IMG/VR virus record: IMGVR_UViG_3300030616_000016
Location: 124,001 to 188,000 of that record
Strand: one strand, 5' to 3'
Length of the DNA stretch: 64,000 nucleotides
The first letter of the stretch is position 1; each line of letters opens with the position of its first letter. This document shows positions 52,676-61,800 of the stretch, piece by piece. Position numbers and translations under genes: made by a program. The notes under the pieces were generated by a model that worked only from the letters and a program-made list of their open reading frames with translations, had not been told where the DNA came from and did not search any database.

Positions 52676-53440
52676 ATGGGAGAATTATGCGAGGCCTATC
52701 TAGGTCCAGAATATCTTCCAGGTCCTCTTATATCGGGTGAATATTTAAAAGGTGAGGTGGCAGAAGATCCAATTTTGTCACCTCATCTTGCACCTTATAT
52801 CGCCGCTCTATTAAAGAAGTACGACGATATATTTCATGTTAAGTATAATGATCAGGATTTTATAATCCGGCCATTGACTTCAAATGAATATAAGATACTG
52901 TGTAAGCTTAGGTTATACTTCGATCCTCAATTAGGGTTCGAAAAGACAAGGCCTAGGTTTAGTGTTGTAAGCCTAGAAGATATATTTATAGACTGTATTC
53001 TTTATCCTGAGAATGTACTTGATATGGATTTAGATGCATATGTTGTTGATATGCTTATAGAGACTGCAATACAATATTCGGGATGGGATTCACAGGAGGA
53101 TATATTTGTAACAAAAGCTCAAATGCAAGCTCATGTAACATCAGATCTATTAGAGGGCATGTTTACATTTATTAGACGAGCACACCCAGGTCTTGGTGAT
53201 CGCGATCTTGAAAACAAGAATATTATTGATATAATGAAGTTAATAGCAAGTGCTGAATTGATATTGGATAAGCCATTCGAGATAGTCACCAAAGATGATA
53301 AATCAGATGCTTCTAAAATATCAACCGAAGTTATGATCAAAGAAGACTTGGCAGGTCTTAATAAGCTTAATATGCAAGGCTTAAATAAGCCGGAGCTAGA
53401 ATATGCCCGTAACGCCCAGAGAAGAACAGGAAAGAAGTAG
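52676..53440 (+). CDS. Second tail assembly chaperone
   Basis: KKYDDIF...FIIRPLT...CILYP...LIETAIQYSGW, a similar pattern; has its own GAGGA SD. Confidence 0.65.
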   Translation: MGELCEAYLGPEYLPGPLISGEYLKGEVAEDPILSPHLAPYIAALLKKYDDIFHVKYNDQDFIIRPLTSNEYKILCKLRLYFDPQLGFEKTRPRFSVVSLEDIFIDCILYPENVLDMDLDAYVVDMLIETAIQYSGWDSQEDIFVTKAQMQAHVTSDLLEGMFTFIRRAHPGLGDRDLENKNIIDIMKLIASAELILDKPFEIVTKDDKSDASKISTEVMIKEDLAGLNKLNMQGLNKPELEYARNAQRRTGKK

Positions 53441-56400
53441 TGGATGGCTTGGTTATGGCGCGGGATCATTAGCTGTTCTAGCTGGCGCATATATGCTTGG
53501 GAAGAATCCAAAGACGCTATACGCAATGGGCGAAACTTTGGACACCGCAGTATCAGCTATATCAGATGTAACCACCTTTGGTAAGCAACACATAGTAGAA
53601 AATCTTAGTAGAATCACTGGCAAGTTCGGTTCTTCCATAGAGACAGCTGCCAGAAGCCCTTCATCTACAAAAGCACTTAATCCAGAAATATTCAATTCCC
53701 TGCAAGGCGCTCTAAGCGCCTGGGAATCTGGCGCCGCAACTACACAGACACTTAGAGACGCTCTTGCTGCCAAGTTCTCTAACGTAACGACGGTTAGACC
53801 GGGTGTACGTAATCTTCAAGTAAAAGAGATAACACAAGCATTCAGTGATATCACTCCTGACGACCCTTTCACTTTATTTGGAAGATCTATAGATAAGAAG
53901 GGCGCTGGTCTTCTTAAACAGGCTCAAGAGATAGGAATTGTAGACAAAGACTGGGTTGCTGACAAAGGCATGTTTATTGATGGTCAGAGATTGGTTGACG
54001 CCAATATATTCAGGCCTGAGAAGTGGGGAGAATCTCTTGTAAAAACATTACGTGGTGCTACTGGCGGATTCCTTACCGACTCATTACTGCCAAGTACCCA
54101 TCTTCTTCGAGAGATTCCAGATATAGCTGAGATCTCAACAAAAGGGTTGGGCAAGCATATAAAAGAGGGAACACTAGATAAAGCCTTTAAGATTGGCGAT
54201 CAACTTGTTGGTATAACAAAAGATAATTTTGTTGTTGACTTGCCTAAGCTTCGTGTTGGCCCAGTAGGAAATGCTATTTCTAAGGCACACGCTATAAGAA
54301 AGGGGCTTGTAAGACATAGAACAGTTGATGAGATGAAGGAGCTTCTCGCTTCCAGGGGGCAAGATCTTAATCCGCGTCAAGAAAAGCTATATAGAGCATT
54401 AGAAAATAGATTCCTTAGCGAGTATGTTGGCATTGGTCCTCAATACGCAAGTGAAACGGCGCTTCCAAAGATGCTGCATGGCTGGCTGGCAAAGTTCTAC
54501 CAGACGGACCTTAAGCCAATATCGATGATTCCAGGCAAGTCATTCGATGAGGTATGGGAAAATCTAAGCATTGGTCAAAGAGTCAAGGTTATGGCCAAAG
54601 GAGATGTTGATAGCGTCGCCTGGGCCAGAACTTCGATTGCTGGCGATCAAGACATTCGATCTTTTGAACAGATACAAGAGATAAAAAGAGCTATCCATGG
54701 AGAAAGCTGGGAAGCTGCGCTGGATCCGAGTGGTGAAATATCTAAAACAACATCGGTGTTTGGAAGAAGATCAGTAACCAATGCAGAGCAGTTTATGGCA
54801 GAAATGCTTGATGAAGAATTCAAGCACACTATGTCACACAACTACTATGCCTATGATACTGCTGAACTTGCTGGTAACTGGGCACATACTGTCTTCACGA
54901 CTCCATTTAGAATAGCATCCAACATGTTTGGATTTGGACTCAAGCATGACTCGTTAGGAAAGACTGCGCTCAGAGCCACGGTTGGCATTCCTATGGCCGG
55001 ATATCTCGCATGGCAGGGAGCAAACTATTTAGATTTTCTTACTGAGCAGACAACGACATTTAGTCCAATCAAAGGTGTTGCCAGAACATATGCAGAAGCT
55101 CAGATAGCCAAACAAAGCATGGCTAATCTTATAGGCATATCATATGCATCTAAAACAGCAGAAAGTATGATTGGAATAGATATCGATTCTCCTATTTCCG
55201 TTGCGCTTAGAAGCATAGGACTGCCTATACTTGGAGCTAAGATTGGACAAAAGATAAATCCTGGAATGGGACGACCTGGTATGTATGTCGGTATTGGGCT
55301 AGCCGCGCTTACTTTATCAGACGACCTATCTAGAGATGCAGATGAATTAAGAGATATATATGAAGGAAGAAAAGAAGTTCCTGTTAGAAAGTCTCGCTGG
55401 TGGATGCTTGGATGTTTTGACCCTCACCAAAGCGTAATGCTTGAAGATGGAAGCCTTGTCCATGCAGAAGATGTAGACAGTGGAATGGTAGTCATTAACG
55501 ATATAGGAGAATATACAGAGGTGACTAATGTCTCTGTAAGAATTACCGATAAAGACGAGGAGCTAATTTCTATTCTGCCTCATGGATTTCCTTATCCAAC
55601 AAAAATAACAGGCAATCATGAAGTTCTTGTCCACAGACGTCCTTGTATCAAGCCATATACATATAAAACTGGATGTCATCCAAGACGAATCACGAATAGT
55701 TCGTGTAGATCTTGTCCGAATGCCTCGCCGGATCTTAATCTGTCATATGTCAGAGCCGATGAGCTGAGGCCGGACGACTTTCTTATTCTGCCTAGGCTAA
55801 AATGCAACACCTCTATTGGGCTTATCGACCTGTCTGATTACCATGATCTATTTGTCATCGATAAAGAAAAAATAGCAGCAGGTCAAAGATTGCATGGTGG
55901 TGTTCGGCGTGCTCCAAAAAGCAAATATACTAATAGAATTATACATCCCGATAAAGATCTCGGTATGCTTTTAGGTTGGGTTTTAGCAGAAGGAAGTAAG
56001 CATAGCGACAACTCTATTGAATGTGTGTATAATATTAGTGAAAGCGATTTTGCCTTGCAAATGGGTAAAATAGCGCATGCCAAGTTTGGAGCTAGTTATA
56101 GCCTATCTGAAAGAGATGGTAGTACTGGGAGAATTGTTATAGGTAGTAAATTTTTACTCGGTTTTTGTACCAGTGTTGGCATACTGCCAAATAAAACTCC
56201 GAACATACGCAGAATGCTAGATTATGGTGAGTGTTTTGTTAAAGGGTTTGTCATAGGTGCTGTATATGGAGATGGAAGCTATACCGACGGCCATTGGAGA
56301 TTCAAGGCGAAAAGACTACAGACATGTATTTTCTTGAGAGATATGATCCATGCAGTCGGAGGAGCTGCTTCTATATGTCGAAACTCGTCTATGCTTGAAG

Positions 56401-58841
56401 GCAAGAGGTTTGATGCGTATTCAGTCACAATAATAGAATTAGATTTTGCTCTTATTAAGCATTATTATAAAGGAATACCAAAAACCAAGCAGTTAAAATC
56501 TGCAATTGGCTGTAAAGACTATGTTTTATATACAATCAGAAGCATAGTCGCCTCCGATCCTCCTGAAATTGTTTATGACTTCCATGTTAGAGACAGGAAT
56601 AGCATCTGTTTGCCTGGGCATGTTGTTCACAACTCAGATCCCTTTGAAGGTGGAGACACTGATTATTACAGGCCTCACCTTATAGCCACAATGCTTTCTG
56701 ATACCTCTGCCATGGAAGCAAAGTATGGTTCCAAGTCCGCATATTGGTCTCATGGCACAATGTTCCCTACGCCTCATAATGTATTTGGCTTGAGTATACT
56801 GGCTGACCCATACTATGTAGAAAGAAAGCATTACTATGATAGGCCGTATCCAATAACAGGAAGATCTAATCTTGCAGAATTTCCTATCTGGGGCAACATA
56901 CTTGATGCTACTCTTGGAGAGGTTATTAAGCCTACCAAGGTAATGCATGAAAATGAACTGGCGCATTATATAACTCAAACCCCTGAGTTCTCTGGAGACA
57001 AAGGACTGCAGAGTGTAGCTCAGCAGCTGTCTCTAGCACAAATTAGGCCTGGTAAGGTGCTGCCAAGAGTAGAAGGAACGCAGGATGACATTGGTCATGC
57101 AATATATGACATGACTGAATTTGCTGGATTAAAGGGATTTCTATTTACGTCTCTCAAGAAGCAAGTCACTGGAAGCCCTGACTTCTCTGACCAAGGCGCA
57201 AGATGGGCTAGTGCAGATGATATTTATAATAAATCTGATGCATACTATGATCTACAGCTTGGTGGTATGCTAGGTGCAACCGAGTTCTTCAGAAGATTTT
57301 TACCACATAGACAAAACCAAATAGACTATGTTAATCCTCTAAGCAATGAAGCTCCGGCATGGCTCCCTGGTAAAAGGTCTGTTTTTGGCGATACAGACTT
57401 TATAGATTTCCATAGCTCAGATCCATACACTCGTATCAAGGAGGGGTCTAAGCGTCTTCCAGGTGCTCAGTATGAAGCTATACACGAACTACATTCTGGT
57501 AAAAAAGGCGAATATGATGCTTTTGATAGAATGAAGATATTGGCTGATGTCAGCCCATATTCTAATGCCTTCAAGTACTATAAGAACATAGTGGATAAGA
57601 TGGCTCAGGACGGCCAGCTAGACGGCTATTGGATGGATGAATACCTTGAAATAGACAGGAGAATTAAAGGAGAAGGACTGCCCGACTTTGAAGCAGAGAC
57701 AGCAAGTAAAGAGCTTGGTATTTCTGGTGCAGCTGCTGGGACTGCTGGCCTACTAAATAATCACCTTAGAATACCATGGGTAGGTACTAAGTTAATGAGC
57801 ATGGATCAAGATCCGCTGGTAGACTATCAAGAGAAGATTTCATTCAATAATGACTTCAATGATTGGACTAAACCAATAGACACTATGTTGATGCCATACA
57901 TGCGCGCACAAAGTGCAAGAGGAGCTATCTCTGGAGCTTTTGGTGGTGCAACACTAGGTGTTCTTAGCTCAGCTGCTGGAGGTTCATACGCCGGTACTGT
58001 AGGAGCTATCGGAGCAGGCGTTGGAACAGTGATGGGATTGGCCGGCGTTAATGCTCCTGAAAATGAAATCAGAAGAAGGTCTATGGAAGAATACTTCGAT
58101 AGCTTAGAATATCTGAAGTACAATAAACTAGCTGACAAGGCTGGCGAACAAGGCAATATTGCTCTTGCAAATAGATTAAGAAGAATGTCTAAGAGAACCA
58201 TGGTAGGACTCGACTATTCTCAAGACACAACCTCTTTCTATAAAGCAGCTTACAGCGCTCTCCCAAAACCGGACAGGCAGTATCTGCAGGCTTTTATCCA
58301 GGTTGATCCGGGTAAAAGACCTGAAGTCCTTGACAAAGTTCCAGATTATATGCAGCCTATTCTTATGCGTCTATGGAAAGATCCAAAGTCCGAAGCTGAT
58401 GCCGGCAAGCTATCAAGAGTAGACCAAAACAATAGAGCCCATCAGGCTGCTTTATCGTATGTAAACAGTCACGGCGGCGTCCCAGATGATGATTCTATGG
58501 TATGGCATCCAGATATTAGCATTGAAGATGTCAAACTAAAGACCATTAAAAATCTTGGTGCTGACATACATAACTTTGGGTTTTGGGGAACTGATGAGCG
58601 AGATCTTGAAAGAACGCGGCCTTATATCAAACCCCTTCCATTCTCATATAATACAAACACTTACCAATCTAATAGGTTGAATTTTACTAATAATATGTTA
58701 CAATATGGTTTTAGCAATGTGTATGTTGATTTGATAAGAAATCCTAGCAGGCAGCCAGAAAATGTATATTCAATTAATATTCAGAGAAATAGACTTGGTG
58801 ACATTGCAGGGTTTGACAGCAGGTCTGAGGGAAGGTTCTAA
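53403..58841 (+). CDS. 1812-aa tail tape-measure-like / ejection protein (with intein)
   Basis: Follows the chaperones; Gly/Ala-rich hydrophobic segments; VPVRKSRWWMLG/SDPFEGG...YYRP and DPYTRI..G..RLPG motifs. Confidence 0.7.
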   Translation: MPVTPREEQERSSGWLGYGAGSLAVLAGAYMLGKNPKTLYAMGETLDTAVSAISDVTTFGKQHIVENLSRITGKFGSSIETAARSPSSTKALNPEIFNSLQGALSAWESGAATTQTLRDALAAKFSNVTTVRPGVRNLQVKEITQAFSDITPDDPFTLFGRSIDKKGAGLLKQAQEIGIVDKDWVADKGMFIDGQRLVDANIFRPEKWGESLVKTLRGATGGFLTDSLLPSTHLLREIPDIAEISTKGLGKHIKEGTLDKAFKIGDQLVGITKDNFVVDLPKLRVGPVGNAISKAHAIRKGLVRHRTVDEMKELLASRGQDLNPRQEKLYRALENRFLSEYVGIGPQYASETALPKMLHGWLAKFYQTDLKPISMIPGKSFDEVWENLSIGQRVKVMAKGDVDSVAWARTSIAGDQDIRSFEQIQEIKRAIHGESWEAALDPSGEISKTTSVFGRRSVTNAEQFMAEMLDEEFKHTMSHNYYAYDTAELAGNWAHTVFTTPFRIASNMFGFGLKHDSLGKTALRATVGIPMAGYLAWQGANYLDFLTEQTTTFSPIKGVARTYAEAQIAKQSMANLIGISYASKTAESMIGIDIDSPISVALRSIGLPILGAKIGQKINPGMGRPGMYVGIGLAALTLSDDLSRDADELRDIYEGRKEVPVRKSRWWMLGCFDPHQSVMLEDGSLVHAEDVDSGMVVINDIGEYTEVTNVSVRITDKDEELISILPHGFPYPTKITGNHEVLVHRRPCIKPYTYKTGCHPRRITNSSCRSCPNASPDLNLSYVRADELRPDDFLILPRLKCNTSIGLIDLSDYHDLFVIDKEKIAAGQRLHGGVRRAPKSKYTNRIIHPDKDLGMLLGWVLAEGSKHSDNSIECVYNISESDFALQMGKIAHAKFGASYSLSERDGSTGRIVIGSKFLLGFCTSVGILPNKTPNIRRMLDYGECFVKGFVIGAVYGDGSYTDGHWRFKAKRLQTCIFLRDMIHAVGGAASICRNSSMLEGKRFDAYSVTIIELDFALIKHYYKGIPKTKQLKSAIGCKDYVLYTIRSIVASDPPEIVYDFHVRDRNSICLPGHVVHNSDPFEGGDTDYYRPHLIATMLSDTSAMEAKYGSKSAYWSHGTMFPTPHNVFGLSILADPYYVERKHYYDRPYPITGRSNLAEFPIWGNILDATLGEVIKPTKVMHENELAHYITQTPEFSGDKGLQSVAQQLSLAQIRPGKVLPRVEGTQDDIGHAIYDMTEFAGLKGFLFTSLKKQVTGSPDFSDQGARWASADDIYNKSDAYYDLQLGGMLGATEFFRRFLPHRQNQIDYVNPLSNEAPAWLPGKRSVFGDTDFIDFHSSDPYTRIKEGSKRLPGAQYEAIHELHSGKKGEYDAFDRMKILADVSPYSNAFKYYKNIVDKMAQDGQLDGYWMDEYLEIDRRIKGEGLPDFEAETASKELGISGAAAGTAGLLNNHLRIPWVGTKLMSMDQDPLVDYQEKISFNNDFNDWTKPIDTMLMPYMRAQSARGAISGAFGGATLGVLSSAAGGSYAGTVGAIGAGVGTVMGLAGVNAPENEIRRRSMEEYFDSLEYLKYNKLADKAGEQGNIALANRLRRMSKRTMVGLDYSQDTTSFYKAAYSALPKPDRQYLQAFIQVDPGKRPEVLDKVPDYMQPILMRLWKDPKSEADAGKLSRVDQNNRAHQAALSYVNSHGGVPDDDSMVWHPDISIEDVKLKTIKNLGADIHNFGFWGTDERDLERTRPYIKPLPFSYNTNTYQSNRLNFTNNMLQYGFSNVYVDLIRNPSRQPENVYSINIQRNRLGDIAGFDSRSEGRF
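55413..56633 (+). mobile_element. 407-aa intein with LAGLIDADG endonuclease in the tail protein
   Basis: MLG|CFDPHQ, ITGNH, LLGWVLAEGS and AVYGDGS, VYDFHV...VVHN|S (canonical). Confidence 0.9.
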
Positions 58842-61800
58842 TGCCTGACAAGCCAGAACAAAGAAGTGGATCAGTAGCGCCTTGGTTGGTTGGCGGAGGG
58901 CTATTAGCTTTTGGTGGGTATCAGGGATATAAGCACTTCGGCCAGAAGCACTTAGGAAATATGGCAAATAATCTAGGCGATGAGATTAAAGCTGTTGTGC
59001 CATCAGTAGAACAAACCGAACAAATAATCAAACCAAGTTCTTCCACAGAATTCTGGCATAAGTTTGACAGAGCAGGAACTCCTGCAGCTGGCATTGGAGC
59101 CACAAATTCATTTATGCATGATATAGTTGATGTCGAAGATGCACACTATAAAGGATTCGATGAGATTTTAACTCCTAAGAGAGCTGCTGCTTATAACAAA
59201 ATTGTGACAGCTCAGCTTACCGACTTTCAGTCTGTTATGAATAATACACACGGAACCAATCTTCTTAATATAGAAGCAATCAACGAGTCTATAAATAGTG
59301 CAAATACTGGTTTTATTGATGGCATCAGCGAAAGAGCAAAGAGAAATACAGAAACAGCTGGCTTAATAGGAAGGTCTGATGTAGAAGATATATTTTTTGC
59401 TCATTATGGAAGAAAGGGTAAAAGAGCTCAAGAGTTCATTGCAAGAGAGCAGGCTGCTGTATCACAACTGGAAGATATAGCAAGCCGGCTTACAGCATCA
59501 ACTGGGCATCAAGTTAAAATACAGGCCATTAACCGCAGCGGTGTAGCTCCAGAAATAGGGCTCAGAGTAGGTGGCGAGTTTATTTCTATGGGCGCCGCCA
59601 CTGGAACAAGGCTTCAGTTTGGTTCAAATGTATATCAGGGGCCTCAAGCCATTCTTGGCAGAACAGCTGAAGGCAGGCTAAAGACCATGACCTTTCATGA
59701 AGCTTCTGTAAATGTTCTTGAACAAAAAATGGGCGAGCTAAAAGGCATCAAGTCTTCAAGTCAGCTTAGATCCAAGATATCCGGTATATTATCCGAGCCT
59801 AGAGAGGCCGCAATCTTTTCTAGTCCTGAAGATAAGATGAGAGCTATAGCTGGTGTTCCTGGACAACCTATGAGCGCTGCCGATGTCGCTAGAAGTGGTA
59901 ACATTGTAACTATGCCGAGTATAGTTAAAGAATCAGGCGCACAAGCTTCAAGAGATGCTGCTGAAACTCTTAGAAGAATAACTGAATGGGCAGGCAAAGA
60001 GGATTGGGACGAGACTACTCGCGCAAGAATGTTTCATATAAAACCTGGACAAAGGATTACTCCAGAGCGCGTGCTAAGGCATTTCGTTACAGCTGTTAAA
60101 GGAGATAAGGTAGACAGACTGACTTTCTCTGCTTTTACTTCTTTGAAAGCTCTTACGGTTGGAGGGATGCTCACTCCGTTTCAAAACATAGCCAAGGAAG
60201 GCGGCGAGGAACTACGCACAGGATTGCTTAGAAAATCTCAATCCGCCAAATATAAATATAATAAGTATTATGGCTATGGAAGGGAAATGAGACGGCAGAA
60301 TCTTGCTGGGCTTCTTGCAGGTGAGGGTTCTGAGCGTTTGGCTGGAAGCGTAAGTGGCAAGGTTCATGCTATAGATAAAGTTCAGAAATTAATTGATGGT
60401 GAATGGGTAGACGTTCCAGACAAACTAGTTGGCGCGTTAGGTGGTAAATTTTCAGGTGGTTCTGGTGTTATGGCTATTAGTGAGGAATTCGGCGATTTAT
60501 CTCACGAGTCATCTGGAGATTATATGCTCAAAAAGATAAGCGGCTCTCCTAACAAGAAAATCAAAGATACAATTAATGAACTTGCAAGAAAGGGCAAGCT
60601 AGATGTAAGGAATCTAAAAGCAGCGGGTATTACAGTTCGCAAAAAAGATGCTCAGGGGCTATTGCGAACTGAAACAGGAAGCCTGGAATTTAGCCAGGCT
60701 GCTTTAAAGCAAGCAAGCGAGACAGAAAACTCTCTGGTTATACCCGGTAAAAGACTTAGAAAAATAAGTGAATCTGGCTATGCTTTTAGGCTTGGGCCTA
60801 CTAGTGTTTCAGCTACAAGAGGTACTCGATTTATAGGCAAAGGCTCAGAGGGAGTTCTTGGTGCTTTGTGGTCAACGAATATTAAACCGGAAGTAAGATC
60901 TCAAATGGCTTATGCCACAATACAGAGCCTAATGGAAGAATCAGATATCAAATATTCTCGCAATTTAGACGAGTTTGCAGCTACTATATCTGGTGAACTA
61001 GATAGAGCCGATCCTAATGCCAGATATTTTAAAGGCGTAGAAGGCAATCAAAAAAGATGGCAGCAGCTTACAGATCTAATGACTGAAAGAATGCAGAAAG
61101 AAGGAGTAGATAAACGTAGCCTGGATAAGTTTAGAGCATCTATGGAAGGATATGGTCCTGGTAAGACCATAGAATTTGCTGCTGAGGGTCAACACTACAG
61201 AGCTAGAGCTACGACACTAACTGGTACTGCGTTTCCTAGAATGTATCCTCTTGAAGAGGAGACAGCATTGCATGGTACAGTAGGCAGATATAAATCTGAG
61301 TATACAAAGAAGCTGGATGATTTTAATAAAGCATTGGCTGGACATGAGGACCTTCCTGGTGTTCAAAGATTCATGGAAGCTCAAACAAAGAAACATAGTA
61401 TTCTTGAAGATGTTTTACGCCACGAATCTGTGCCAGATACACTGATAAGAAACTTCAATGAAGCTGAAACTCAACAGCTAGAGGCCATAAGAGAAATACA
61501 AAGAATGGAAGGCGGTCCAATAAAAGGCATAGAGAAGAAGTTTATTGCACTCAAAACAAGCGAAGAACAGTTTATGTCCAAGCTTACACAGAGAGCGCAA
61601 AGTACTCCACGCAGATATAGACCACAAGACTTTATGATGATGGCTATAAAAGCTCATGCTGACCCTGAAAACAGAGACACAGGTGTGCTTGAGTATCTGC
61701 TTCGCATGCAGGAAGGTAGCCAGGCTCGCCGCAGCTTTCAAAACGTGGCTATGGCAGCTGAGCCTTTATTTGGAACAAGTACCAAACAGATTATTGAAGA

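Noticed and set aside
52640-52680. Lambda G/GT-type programmed frameshift between the tail chaperones
   Set aside because: No X XXY YYZ heptamer before the stop, and the second ORF has its own SD and ATG.
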